In this document: positions 1-13,473 of the stretch, one piece after another | How the letters are laid out: every line of letters starts with the position of its first letter | Numbering within the stretch: position 1 is the stretch's first letter | Assembly: GCF_044704955.1 (NCBI RefSeq) | Contig: NC_091981.1 | Coordinates: 103,664,001-103,728,000 of the forward strand | DNA length: 64,000 nt | Direction: 5' to 3' | Source: Pristiophorus japonicus | Taxonomy: Eukaryota | Position numbers and translations under genes: made by a program | The notes under the pieces: model-generated | Told to the model about the DNA's origin: nothing | The model's database searches: none | Seen by the model: only the letters and a program-made list of their open reading frames with translations

Positions 1-3000
1 AGTGGCCCAATAAGAACACTATTATGTTGCAGGGTATAGTTATGCATACACATTTTAAAAAGCCCCACATATGGAAATGTGACTGTGCATTATGTATCCA
101 ACAATAGCTGGATCAACAGTGATTAGAAGATAGATGATAGAAAATGGACGATAATAAGAAATAAATCAACAAATCATTAGTTCAGTAGATGTGCGTTATA
201 GGTAGATGCACAGGGTAGCTTAGACAGGTAAGTAACAGTTGCAAGAATAGATTAATTCTATTAATTCTGCTCTCTATTTGGATCATGCAGACACATGATT
301 CCTTTTGTTAGCTTGCGTGGACTAGTTTGAGAAACATCAGACATCAGTCTCTCCATAATATGTTTCTCTGTCCATTTTAAACTCGGTAAAGAACAATAGC
401 GTCTATAAACACTGAAACCCACAAGACCAAATATCCCTGCATTCAGCATTCAGTAAGTTAATACTGGTAAAATAAATAGAAAGAACGTGGTGATAAGAGT
501 ATATATTCAGGAAGATGATTTATAGATTTAATTTTGATATTTTTATAAAGAAAATCCCAACACAAGAGCGCAACGCGATATCTTAGCTTTAAAAGATTTC
601 ACAGTAATTGTGTGTGGTAGTAATTGTTATTGCACCAGCGCTCTTCATTAAAGCATGCATGCATATACATGTGCATTTAGTATACAAATGTCACAGTACT
701 TCTAGAGAAAAGTATTTAACCAACGTTCACGAGGTTTCTTCAAACGCCCAAGCGACCTGCAAACATACAGAAGCTCAATGTTATACTTGATAAGCCAGTA
801 TATGGGCTCCCTTCCATCAGAATGTTGTTTTTAATTGCATGCGATTGAAATTCGCTAATATTCCCCAAATCCCAACTTCGATTTTCCATAATTGCACCCT
901 GTTAAGATTTTATCGACCATAAAATAGTGGAGTGTTTCTTTTGGAATAATTAGGCATTTTTGAACATCTCGATGGAGACATTTGTGTTTTGGAATAACAG
1001 AGCATTTACTGCGCCCTGAGCGCGGCATCAGATCGCAGTGAAAGAACGGAAGCTCAGGGCTCCTTGCTAAAGGTCTCATTATCTCGTTAGGTTTCCTTTC
1101 CTGTCAACAATTGTTACATCACATAATGAAATATCTAGAGTACTGTAAACAATATATATATATGACGAGTATTTTTATACATTTTAAATAGGGCAAATAT
1201 TTAAGCACTGTAGTAAATATTCTTATAGCACCTATAACTGAACTAGAAACATACCAATTATAGGACAATGCTTGCAAGTTAAGGCTAAATGATAAACGCG
1301 GTTGTTTAGTAGTCGGATAATTTAACATTTTTGAATGCTAAAAATGTCTATTTGGGATGGATGCTCTTTCATTGATTACAAGTTGTTAAAATACCACGAG
1401 TAGGTTAATTTTCAGTCTTAAAAGCTTATACCTGTCTTTCTTTCCTAATTATAGACTGACTAAAAAAATACCAACCCGAAAGCCGGCCGAAATCAAAAGC
1501 TATGTCTTTTCGAGGTGTGAGTATAAATGCAGCACAACTATGGAGGAAAATGTGCAAGAACACGTCAGTTCGAACCCTCTTAATGAAAGGCCGACGCTTG
1601 CCGCTTTCCTCAGTTACTGTCCTACAGCCTTTTACTATGTTGTGTAATTTGTGCTTGTTCTTCCTATTGTACATAACATTTTAATAAATGCGAAGTTTTC
1701 TCATCAACGTTGATCTGTTCTGTTTATGAGTTGCTTTACGTCTTATTTTAAGTTTTCGTTTATTCGTGACATTCATTACACAACCCTGAGGGTTTGATTT
1801 TGAAGCCCCCACAATGGCTGTACGCTTATAACGGGGACTCTTCACAAGTTGGTGTGGTGCAAATGAGCGAAATACAGATGATATTAAAAGATGAACAAAA
1901 GGGCACTGTGTAACGCACAGCTATTATTTTCCAATTAGGTGAAACGGCTAATAACCACTTCACAACTGCTGCTGCACATGTCTTAGGAAAACTGGATAAA
2001 ACAAAGCAATATAATTAGAGTATGAACACACAGAGTGGGGTAAATGGCACTTTGAGAGCACAAATAATGCATTAAACGATAACTTGATCTGTAGTTATCT
2101 TTCGAACGGAAAAGAACGCAGAACAAGTTGAACTTTTAAATTTCTAATGTACACTTTGATACTATATTTTTCAATTCATCTTTTAAATTAACATGACGCT
2201 TTCAGAAAGTACAGTATCAATTCATTTCCCTTCCACCATAGCTAACAATTAATTAGGAAATCGACTGCGAAAGGTTAAAGTATTGTCATTGCGATTTATT
2301 CCTTCCGATGGTCTATTTTCATTTCCTTGCAGATAGCAAAAACTTCCGAATGATAATATAAAAGAATATATTGTAAACACGTGAATCTAGAATTTAATGT
2401 AATGAATTTTCGCACTGTTGAAGTAAGAATGTCAGCCAAATCGTTTTTTTTAAACAAAGAAAGTTGGAATACTGTGAAATCCACAAGTATGTAAATGAGA
2501 TTTTATCATGTTGTTTATAAGAGGGGATTTTCTGGCCAGGTCGTATTTGTTCCTAGGGTGATCAGGACTGATGCAGCCTAATCAGTTGCAGCAGATGTAA
2601 TTCCAGTCATAAATAACTTTAGTTCTCCTGGCCTATTAGGTATAACTGGGTCTTAGTTTGAAGCTATTAGTGAACTTAAAACGACATTATCGCTTTCCTG
2701 ACCAATACCGATTTTACAAAATAGTAACATTTAAACACGTATTTAAACTACTCACCTCATTTTTCCGAAATCAACGTAACCTCTTTGAAATTGTGAAATG
2801 CGAGGCCGTGATTCAAGATGGCAACCCACCTGGCGCTTAATATAATTATTGGTATGTTCATCTCTCGTTAACAAGTTGTCGCTTTTTCAACTACACATAG
2901 TGCAAGGAAGCAGTATAAATCTTCCAATTACTTTGTAGTAACTTTCACACCTTCCAAAGCGTAATGTATCCTTGAAGTGTTTAAATGATCGGATGTTTTA

Positions 3001-4727
3001 TTTGCAGGCTCTGTTTATTCATAGTTGTATTATTAAGAGATTAAAATAAGCCTGCATTATTTAACCACCACAAAACGGGCCTGTCTAGTAAACTCTCGGT
3101 TAATTGACAACACAGCTTCTTGTTACACGTTTGAACCTTCAGAGTGAATTCAAACTCTTCGTTAAATTCCAATTCACGTTTCTTTCGCTCTACCACCAGT
3201 AAGAAAAAATCTAGAAAAGCTCTGACATCTTCACTATGGATTATTATTACAGTTTAAGAATATAATTAACGAGACTTCGTAGATTTACAGCGAACGGATT
3301 TAATATCTTTCAGTTTTTATCAGCAATCACAAACTGGCTTTTAAATCTAATTTTCTATTTCTAACCATAGATACGCTCGTATTTTACCTTCTACGTTTTG
3401 CATAAATATTAACTATTTACTAACGATCGAAGAGAAAAAAATAACTAATTGTGGGCATGTATTGCAGACGTACAAATATTCCACTCAAAAACTTGACATA
3501 TTCTTAGTACTATAGGGAGCGTACAGTGCACAATGGTGGGGGTTATCATTCTTCTCTGAGCGCAGTTCAAAGCTCATGCTTACAGCCGTTTTAAATATAA
3601 ACAATTAATTTAATGTAAATGCGCTCTAAATGTCACTTTAGTCGAGTTCAGTACATTCAGGTATTAAGCAAGCAAAACGTTGATTACTGGCCTAATCCAC
3701 AAAGCAACTCATAGAACGGTTAATTGGAGAACGCAACTCAACCATTTAATCAACAACACATGACCAGAAGAGACGTTATGCATCACGAACGCAAGTTTGT
3801 CCACACTCCAAACACACGGTGGCAGCAACGAGTCCAAAAAGGATAGCAAACATCAATATCCACGCATACACACACACACATTTTCAGTCAGACAAGACTG
3901 ACTGACTGTCAGAAAGACAACCTCCGCGTTAAGTAAAAACAATAACAGACAAATCTGCATGCTCACAACGGAATACGATGTCTTTGAACATTTCTCATTC
4001 TTGAACACCATCAGCACAGGAATAAACCACAAATAATTAGGGATGACACCTCCGAGGTAAATGCTAGCAGTCTTTAATGTGCAACACGCATTAGATTGCT
4101 ATCAGACAGTTTTCCAAGGGAATAATAAAAATATTTTTAAAATACATAGCATCTTAAACGAAAATTATCTGTTGTCAAAACGATTCAAAAGAAATAAATC
4201 ACTTGTTCAGTGAAAGACATCGTCGCCATCGCTGCAGCCGGCAGATTTTTTACTTGCAACTGAAATAAGTATTTTTTCCCACCCTCCATAAAAATCTTCA
4301 AACGCGTGTATTAAAATAAGACTCATCCTCAGGATTCCCACTGTATGACATTTAAAAACTCGATCAAGGAATGCTTCTTTATATTTGTTCCTTATGCAAA
4401 ACACTTTGAACCAACAAGCTGGCTGTTGATCACATCAACCAGTACGTACGACTTTAAAACATTATTCACACTCTTTAAAAACAAATATTTCAACTATTCA
4501 AATGCATAAAAGCTGCCAGTGAAAACGGTCAAATTATTTTAAATAAATGCATAACAAATGTAACATTTGGAGTTAATACATTCGGAAGGTGGTCGGCACT
4601 TTCTGAATCATTTGCTTCAACTTTCACAAATTAAACATTTTAAAGTACGGATTTACAATAATTTGTATAAAAGGCAATGTTTTATTTTTGCAGAATTGCA
4701 TAGCTGAAAATGACGAGTAGGCCTTAC

Positions 4728-5060
4728 CTTCTTGCTGAGTGTATGTCCCGGCTGTCTGTCCCGGGCTCTGCACAGGCCGTGTGTAGTGTTTGCTGAGCCC
4801 CAGTATCAGTGTTTGTAGAGCCCGTGCTAGTTTGACAGCTGTCCGTTCGGCTCTATCCCAGGCCAATGGCTCTCGCATTCCGCCAGCGGCGTTTGGTGAC
4901 GACTTGCAGGAAACTGCCCTGCGGATCAGAGCCGGCGCTTTTTAATCCAATGCTCCACCTTCCGTGGAGGAATTTGTAGCTGCCAGCCATAAGATCTGTG
5001 CTGAAAGCTTGGATGCATTGACGCTCCATGGCCAATAATCACTGCGCTGGGAGGGGGGAA
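4728..5060 (-). ncRNA. Candidate non-coding 5' exon downstream of HoxA7 (possible distal first exon of a long HoxA3/HoxA6 transcript); 5' end approximate
   Basis: GC-richer island ending in a consensus minus-strand donor AAG|GTAAGG at 4728/4727. It is preceded by a promoter-like block at 5150-5330. No Hox-like ORF. Long HOXA3 isoforms start between HOXA6 and HOXA7 in mammals (recalled). Confidence 0.45.
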
Positions 5061-5149
5061 AAAAGAACAAAATATGCGTTGAAAAAAGCCTGCAAGCTCT
5101 CACATCCGAACCAAGACGCGCTTAGCACAAGAATGCAGCTCTATAGTCG

Positions 5150-5330
5150 CAAGGGAAATTATAAAAAGTTCATGTTCACGGTTACACTCCACATGACTTT
5201 CAGCGGCCAATGGAAAAACCGAACAACTCGTAAAGTTCTATTGCAAAGTTGTAAATTTTCATAAAACAACAACGGATTTATGACATTTCCCCATGACTAT
5301 TAGGAGGCAGGTCCTAGACGCCATTTTTAA
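5150..5330. promoter_or_regulatory. Promoter/enhancer-like block with E-box-like CACATG, CCAAT, Hox/Cdx-type TTTAT/TTTAC motifs and a YY1-like GCCATTTT
   Basis: cacatg 5190-5195, ccaat 5207-5211, then ctcgtaaa, ttcataaaa, ggatttatgac and cgccatttt clustered within 180 bp. Confidence 0.5.
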
Positions 5331-6736
5331 CAAAGAGACAAGTTAAAATTGTGAAATTATTAAAGATATTTTCCACGGTTTTAAACATATATTTCTAGTT
5401 TCCGAGTCACAATATCCCGATAACAATATATGCTTGCAATTTGCAGTTTTTTTAAACAGAAATCAGCATTGTTTCTGCACCCAGGTTGTTATTGTAACGG
5501 ATCAAGTCGGCTTTACGTTTAATCGCATCTGTTCTATCGATATTTTCATTTTATTTTCTCTTTTTTTAATATGCTATAGTTAAAAATGGATATAGGCTCA
5601 TTCATATTGTGTAATCCAACAGCAAGCTACAGTGCCCCACTGCATATATAAAATATAAAAGTTGCGCTTGTCCCAAAATTTCGTTCAAAGCTCGGCGATG
5701 ACAGAACGACTCGACTCTTTTTATCCATTTCATATTTTTTTTTACTGAATTTCAACATCACACTGAATACCACTCTGCTCTCATCTTTCCACTTTTCTTA
5801 GACTGCTTTCAAATGGAATCATGGGCATTATTAGGAATCGGATCCAGATTGTTTAGTGGGAACTTTTGTCCATCTTCGTCCCAATTCGAAAGCATTACCT
5901 TTGAATATTACTTTGCTTAAAAAGATGCAATAATCTGGTCAACTATATTCAAAATTGCGCAATTTTAACAATCGCTCTTTCTTATATTCGGTTGTAAGTA
6001 GTATAAAGGTTGTCTATTTAGTATAGACAAACTATGTATCAATTTGTATATTAAAAATCAGATTAGAAGACATTGAAGGGGCTGCGTTGCATAACGAATT
6101 GTGTATTAATTTTGAAATTTTTTATATTTAATTGTTTATAGTTAATATTGATGTAACGTGTGCCTTTATACGAGGCTTGTACCCACTCATTTGGTGGTAA
6201 ATATTTGGTTCAGACAAGAAGGCGAGACCATGTTTATTCAAGCACCGTTTAATGATTCTGATTTTTGTTTTCCTACAGAGATTCCATTCAAAGTATACAT
6301 GTTTGGAACGAATATATATATTTTAAATAGATTGCACCTTAAACCTTTAACATCGGTTATTATTTAACAACACATACACAGATTACAAAGCAAACTTGCG
6401 ATTGACCGATATCACACCGAATATGGACCCACAATGTATTCAGTCGACGATGCAGTTCGGTTTTCTTTTATTACATTTGGTTATGAGATATTTTTATTTT
6501 ATAATTTAAACAGCACACATGTATAAGACAACTGATACAACACACTTAAAGAAACACGTTACATCATTCAGTAATACATGGTTTCTTTGAAATCTTTAGC
6601 AAGTATGTATTTAATGCCACTAATCAAAAAGTAATAATGCAATTTCCCCTTTCTAATACGACTTTTTTGTTTTTACAGCATAGTCTTTAAGCACAGTGTG
6701 AAAGAATTCCATTCGCCTCAAACGTAAACCGTCATT

Positions 6737-7800
6737 TAGGTAGTTTTCACTATTTTCGTATTATAAAGTCGCACCTCCTTAAAAAACATACATCAGAATA
6801 TATTTTACATTTTTACTCCCATATTATGGTATTGTTATAAGAAGTGCGAAAAGTCAAAACTCCCAGAACACTCTCTGTCTAGAAACGAATTTTAAATTAA
6901 AACATTTAGGTAGTTTCCATAGACGTGCAAGATGTCCACTATTGTGGATTAGGTAGTTGCAGATCATTGCTATGTGAAAACAGAGAACTTCTTTATTCTG
7001 TTAATCGAACGCTACATCTCTGAACTAAGAGATACACTCAGAGAACAATTAAGAACGCATATAGAAAATAATAAAAACAAAGAATTGAACAGAAATAAAT
7101 TATTTTACTCGTCGAGTTAGCTTTCTGTCAGTGTTTGCATTACATTGTAGACTGGCTCAAATATTTGATTTCTGATTGGGCTGGAAATGAGCATTTATTA
7201 TCATCACATTTTTATTCTGTGAATAGTAAGCAGAAATACTTTAAAATGTATGAAGAAGACACGTTAGCAGAGGTAAAATAAGTTTGAGAAATAGCTCAGT
7301 GCATGAGATCTATCTTATATCATATAGTGGTATAGTGAGGTTTACATTACGTCAATTACAACAATAGTTACATTTTGTTTCCTCGGCTAAGATTGTCTCT
7401 TTCGTTCTACTATTGGGAGACCCAGAATCCGAGTCCAATTCCCTTCAATTTACTAATGCTCAACAACGGTTCCGAATTTCATTCCCTTTCATTTTATGAC
7501 TGCAAAAGAGAATCTCAATCCAACTAGGGAAAACAAGCATTCCAAATTTTGTGACGACTGCAGAAAAAGGTTCTAAATCCATCGCTTTCACTTTATTAAC
7601 AAAAGCATGGATTCTGAACCCAAGTCCTACTTTATTTTTAATACTGCCGATAAAGATTCTGTTTGTTTGACTGAAACCAAATCAGGGAATTTTGAATTCT
7701 AAAGGCATGATTTCGGAAGAGGATATTAATACATATAGGTAGTATTATGAGTGCTAATGCACAGCATCTCTGTAACAGTCCACTATTGTGGTTAGGTAGT
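6737..7800 (-). promoter_or_regulatory. Five miR-196 8-mer seed sites (ACTACCTA on the mRNA) in the HoxA7 3' UTR
   Basis: Plus-strand taggtagt at 6737, 6907, 6950, 7736 and 7793. AATAAA candidates lie further downstream (~6470-6500, ~6235). HoxA7 is an established miR-196 target. Confidence 0.8.
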
Positions 7801-7869
7801 CAAATGTCATCGTTAGCGGTTAAAGAACAACTTTGTATATTAGCACAGTTCAAGATTCAGCTGAGAATC

Positions 7870-8196
<327 letters not shown>

Positions 8197-8854
8197 CTAA
8201 ATTTCCTCCACTCTTCCATAACATGAAATTGTCTGTGGTTGAGCAGAATATTCAGAGGCTAAGGTGCAAATGAACATTTGGGATCGCAGCGGGATTTTTT
8301 TCTGGCAACATATTTAAAGGTTATGGATATTTCCCAAGGTTCAGTGGAAGTCACTGTGTGTCTTTAACTATTTACGTATAAACAAGTGGGGACATCCAAC
8401 GCTAATTCACCCAAGATAAAGGCCACCAGTGCTAACATTTCAGACACAGAGATGGCAGATAACTAAAATCTTAGCCTGCATGTATGTTTTTAAAAATGTG
8501 TTAGATTCTAAAGCCAGCAATAGAAACCCCTATATCCACTCTGATGGTAGAGCTCCTGTATTATGTTACTAAATTGGTGCGTCTTAAATACGAACCTACA
8601 TCTGTAAGGAGCGGAAGCTTTGCAAGGGCCCAAGGATCTTTCTTGAGGTGAAAACAATAAAACAATGTATTCGATTCCACCACCGTACATTATCTGTAAA
8701 CATACGTTAAACCTGGAATATATCATTCTACATTTACTCAATAATATACGGCTTTCCCGCGTATTTGTAAAAAAATTCTTATTTGATGTTGAAAAGTGTG
8801 TAAACAAGCAATATGTGAGTTGCTGTTAACTTTAAAGGAGCGGAAGTCGAGTGC

Positions 8855-8910
8855 TTTTACGAGGATTGTACTGATTAATTGTGCAATAAAAGTTTTATGA
8901 TTGCTATCTG
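8855..8910. promoter_or_regulatory. HoxA7 intronic cluster of homeodomain/Cdx-type sites (HB1-like)
   Basis: tttacgag, tgattaat, caataaaa and ttttatga clustered ~150 bp inside the intron. Confidence 0.5.
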
Positions 8911-9048
8911 CATACAATGCCACATGCGTTTGAGGAACTGTTCCTTAGCTATCATTAAAACTCTTAACTACTTTCAGGATGTACTGGCGCTCATCCTAAC
9001 TGGCCATTTGCACGTCTCTCATAGCTATGTTACATTTATGTCCCATAC

Positions 9049-9442
9049 CTGCATTCCTCATCCAGGGGTAAATCCGGAAATTGCTCTCTGCTTGAGGGTG
9101 CACGTTTGTCTGATCCAATTTTTCGCAACCCTGTTTGCTCAGATCGCTGCAAAGCACTGGAATGTTCTGGTCTAAGGCAGAGCAGCGCAGGTTGTAGGTT
9201 TCGGAATTTAGGTTATAACCTGTGTTGTACATGGAAGGGCCGTGATAGATTGCGCTGTTAACATTGTACAGCCCGGCCATCGGGGCTGGGAACGCGCTGG
9301 CGCCCGCTCCATAGCTCGATCTCTGTGAGTTGGTAGCAAAGGCGCAAGAAGTTGCTTCTGTAAAGCCACTCGCGTTCTGGAAAACGGATGTCCCCGCCGT
9401 ATATTTGGGAAAAAGAGCATTCACATAATACGACGAACTCAT
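9049..9442 (-). CDS. HOXA7: HoxA7 exon 1 (MSSSYYVNALFPKY...FRIYPWMRNA)
   Basis: PG7 N-terminus and hexapeptide IYPWMR; ATG at 9442; donor G|GTATGG at 9049/9048; position just 3' of HoxA9. Confidence 0.95.
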
Positions 9443-9519
9443 AATTTTGTCTGGTGATTTGTTGGCCAAGACTCTTCAGTGTCGGTTTTACGAGATAGCG
9501 TGATATATGGCAGCATTAC

Positions 9520-9610
9520 AACCCCGATTTACACCAAACACCCATTTTCCTTCGGCCCGACTTATTTCAATTCACGTGACCCGACCATGTGATCCAGTCA
9601 CCCAATAGCA
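9520..9610 (-). promoter_or_regulatory. HoxA7 proximal promoter (E-box CACGTG 9573-9578, CATGTG 9586-9591, CCAAT 9602-9606)
   Basis: Motifs read directly, 130-165 bp upstream of the ATG. Confidence 0.6.
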
Positions 9611-10505
9611 TTCCGCATCACAGGTGGTAAATATCATGTTATCCGACTATTTCCAAAATAAAATTGTGCAAGAGTCATTAAAAATGTTTGCAACATTATT
9701 AATATAGATAGATTGTGGAACTTAAAAAGGAGGTAGCATAACTACTACTTAACAAGCCAATACCCACATGTATGTGAAGGTTTTAGGAGTGCAGGTATGT
9801 TTCCAACATTTTTGAAAATAAAATGTGTGATTAATTTGCAAGTGTTGTAATGAAACGTTTACTTGGACATAAAGGGGAGACACTTTGGTTTTACATAATA
9901 GAAATACGCTTGTCTCATGTATGGAACTCGATGGTCACATTGGATTAATATTAAGGATCATTCTACACTTTGCGTTACAAGGGAAACGTTTAAATGGTTT
10001 CAATCAAAAGAAAGGAGCACTTTCATTGTTTCTTCCCTTCCCTGTGCAATTGTTTGCTGTCTTGCAGTAACGTGAAAACACTGTACAACACTGGAAACTG
10101 TAGCCTAATTGAATTAATGGTCAATATATATCTAATCATTCGATTATAAAATAATCTGTGTGGTTTTACTGAGGACTATAGACACAAGATATAAACTGCG
10201 TCACGCTGCAGAGGGGGCGTGTGGGGTGGGGGTGACATCACTGTGAAGCCAGCTCCTGCTATAAACTCTCGGGTATTTTTAACATTCAAGCGTGTTTGTC
10301 TATTGATTTGCTGAAATGCACAATTTCACTTTGGAGACAACCACGGTTCCTCTCACGGGTTTCAGTGAAACAGCTATTTTGTGGACACCTCTTGGAGTTG
10401 CTAAGTAATCTGACTAGAACCCCACAGGGGATTTACCCCGGCATCATTTCCTCCTTCTGTTTTACAACTTTTTTTTCTCACTCCCAATCCTCTCGTTAGA
10501 TCACA

Positions 10506-11530
10506 GAACTTGTCTCCGAAGCCGTTGTCCGCAATTTCCTTGCAAATTTTCCAGTTGCTCTACTTAGGCTTTTGATTCCTTTCCAGCGGAACAGTTGCTT
10601 TTATGTACAACATTAATAGGAGTATATTTGTCGGCGTTGTACGTAGACAAGAAATCCAAGCTCACTGTATATATAACAGATATACAGTCTTACAACGATG
10701 CACCTGAAAGTACAGGATAATTATAAAATCTATGTTTCTACATTTCCGTCTGAGATCCTTTAGGAAACATCTTCTCTAATATTCGAAAATGTTATTTTCT
10801 TTTGATCTCTGCAGTCTACTCTGGCAAGTCACAATCCTTGTGCTAAGCAGACAGGCTTTGCACCAGCGGGGATGTTGTATCAGGAGGTTATTGCACGTCA
10901 TTGGTCCCTCGCTCGTTAAAGAACAATCTTTGTTTGATATCCTTCTGGCTTATAAAACTGTCTGTAATCTCTATGTTTCCTGTACATTCCTAAAACGAAA
11001 CGGCGCGCTAAGTAAATGTTCAGGGAAGCGCTTGAGAGCGCGCTCAGTATTCTAAACTTTTCCTACATACAAATATATCCGAGGTCGAGCTGTCAAAGAT
11101 TTTACCAGAGCGACTGGGTAACAGAACAAGGTTAAGAGTTGAAATAAAATTTAAATCATGAAAATCCATAGCGCGGCTGGGCCGAGCAGAAATGACCAAT
11201 ATATAATACGAACTTTTTTAAAAGGTCGAAAGGTTCCTCCCGGAAAATAGGTTTACCGCTACAGATTGCTCTTTGACTGAAATGAATAGAAATCCGACGA
11301 AAACTTGAGAAATAAAAATCAAAGGAAGGGGAGAGTGGAGTATAATGCATGCAATGTAATTTAACGGATTAGCAGCAAAGTCAGCATTTCATTCATGTAT
11401 TCCTAGCCCAATAATATCAAAAGAACGCTGTTAACTTAAGTCAAATGCTCGCCAAGAACACCGACGCTCCGCCAAACATTCTAAATTCCATTTCATAATA
11501 ATATGAAACAGATGAGTTGAAAAACGTTAT
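10506..11530 (-). pseudogene. Putative highly eroded HoxA8 relic (two-exon layout)
   Basis: Collinear fragments resemble Hox8. Exon-1 side: TCAACTCATCTGTTT (cf. VNSLF), YYE..F..GG, YGF, LV.YP, SQ..FP. Exon-2 side after cag| at 10665: CGA CAA ATA TAC TCC = RQIYS (cf. RQTYS), K.LF, GI...S.A.G, GAC AAG TTC = DKF. Many stops and indels. Confidence 0.4.
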
Positions 11531-12108
11531 CTTCTCTTCTATTTTGCTCTTTATTTCGCCATTTCCCAGGGCTGTAAGCTTCCTCGCACAGCTGTCCTGC
11601 GATCAATGCAACTGCACGGTCCCAGTTACACATGTTTCTAAATACAATACAGATTATAACATTTTATGCAACATTTTAATTACGCATGCATTCCATTATC
11701 ACATTAAATAATATTTTACGAATAAATCACTGACACTAGAGCACACGGGTTAGTTAACTACAATCCCAAATGCTTACGTTCTTTTATTACCAGGAATCTA
11801 AGAAAGTATTGATCACAGCATCGTATTAACAGGTCGAACTGAAGAAAGTACAGAAGCAAAGAAAACGAAACACATATATAACACGAATGAATACGTTGTT
11901 GTGATTGTGACTTCAAATGTTACCGTATATTTTTGAAACCGAATACAATTTAATAATTATTTGTACATATGGCTGCTCTGTAAATCATGCTGTTGTTACA
12001 AACCGAAGAGTTTAGATATTTCTGCTCATCGCGAGCGGAGACCAAGGATTATTGATATCACTGAAAAAAATCTGATAAATATTCAGTTACACAAATTTCA
12101 CAATTGTT

Positions 12109-12157
<49 letters not shown>
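12109..12157. repeat. (TAGA)n microsatellite, ~12 units
   Basis: Read directly. Confidence 0.95.
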
Positions 12158-13438
12158 CGATAGAAATACAGATTTACTATATTGCAACGTTATGATTTGC
12201 AGAAATTTTAAATTATAATGTAGATTTGGTAAGGTCCGAAGCCTGAGTTTCTTCTATATTTCCAGATACGGCTATAAGTCCAATTATGTTTTATTTTATA
12301 TGCTATTCTAACAGATTGTTAAAATGTTATTGTAAACTGCTTACAAGCATATGAAAAGAATTTGAGCAACATTAAGATTAGGTTGCGCAGTAACAGATCA
12401 TACTGAAAGTGCAGCTGGGAGCTTATACTTCAATAGACAAAGTAGCAAAGAGCACAGTGATCACAGCATATATTTGAAATGCGATTGAAGAATAATGTAG
12501 ATCATTCCTGTCAGCATATCTTGAAATACATATATATGAATTTCGTTACACGCCAATTGCTGTGGTTTGGAATCTATTGTATGGCTGTAAAAGTTCCCCA
12601 TTCCTTCTGTGCAGTTTATGAAAGGAAATATAAGCTCGATTTATGTATTTCTAAATGTTGGTTTTGTATTGTGTTGTGACAAGAAGTGCACAGATTTTTA
12701 TATAATATATATATTGTATACATCGCGCTGGAGTTTGTAAAGAACATTAATGAAACCGAGCATTGTTGTTTTGTGATATATATCGTGAAATCATTAACAT
12801 TGCCGTGATGTCAAGTGTTTGAATGATCTCAGAGGTTTTGAATCCAATACACTGTGTGTTAGTACGGTGAAGAACCCACCTGTTCTAGTTCCAAAAGGTA
12901 AAAGCTATTACTATTACTAAAAAGGAATTGCACGATTTTGACTTTCTGAAGTATGAGGAAACTTAGGTGACGTTATTTAAATATACCAGTCACACTGTTA
13001 CAAAAAGAACATCCTTTGGGTTGGACTGTCGCTTTAATTCAGTCCAATACCAATATGGGGGAGGTTTTGCAGACTCATTCCAGTGACAAAAATAATACAT
13101 ATATGCTGCAGTTTGACCCAACAAGAACATATTTTATGTGGGTCCCTTTATATAAAAAAAGACATGTATTCTCCCAACTGATTTCCTTTGTTACCATTAT
13201 AACATTTGACCTAGTTATTAATGTTACGAAATTTCTAAAAGTTACCATAGAGTGAAGTACATTCAACATGTATTTCACGATATACCATTATTAACGCTAT
13301 CCACTTACCTATCCATTATCTATCTATCTTTAAAAGTATTTAATTTTTGTCGTACTGTAACATGCATGTCGTTCTCTCTGTTGACGTGTCTACATAAACT
13401 AAAAATAATCACCTATTTACAGATCCATCGTTTCTGTG

Positions 13439-13442
<4 letters not shown>

Positions 13443-13469
<27 letters not shown>
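13443..13469. repeat. (TA)n microsatellite
   Basis: Read directly. Confidence 0.9.

Positions 13470-13473
<4 letters not shown>

Noticed and set aside
1013-1060. 9-bp inverted repeat gccctgagc...gctcagggc as a possible RNA hairpin or miRNA
   Set aside because: The stem is too short for a 30-nt loop and matches no mature miRNA I know; expected by chance in 64 kb.
4624-5035. Minus-strand ORFs (84 aa, 60 aa) as HoxA6 exon 1
   Set aside because: No MSSYF start or YPWM hexapeptide; HoxA6 probably lies left of the window.
8996-9469. ORF-track N- and C-terminal extensions of Hox exons (also 18631, 42056, 55788, 26469, 54712, 8181)
   Set aside because: They come from non-ATG starts or read-through into introns; the conserved ATGs and splice sites give in-frame genes.
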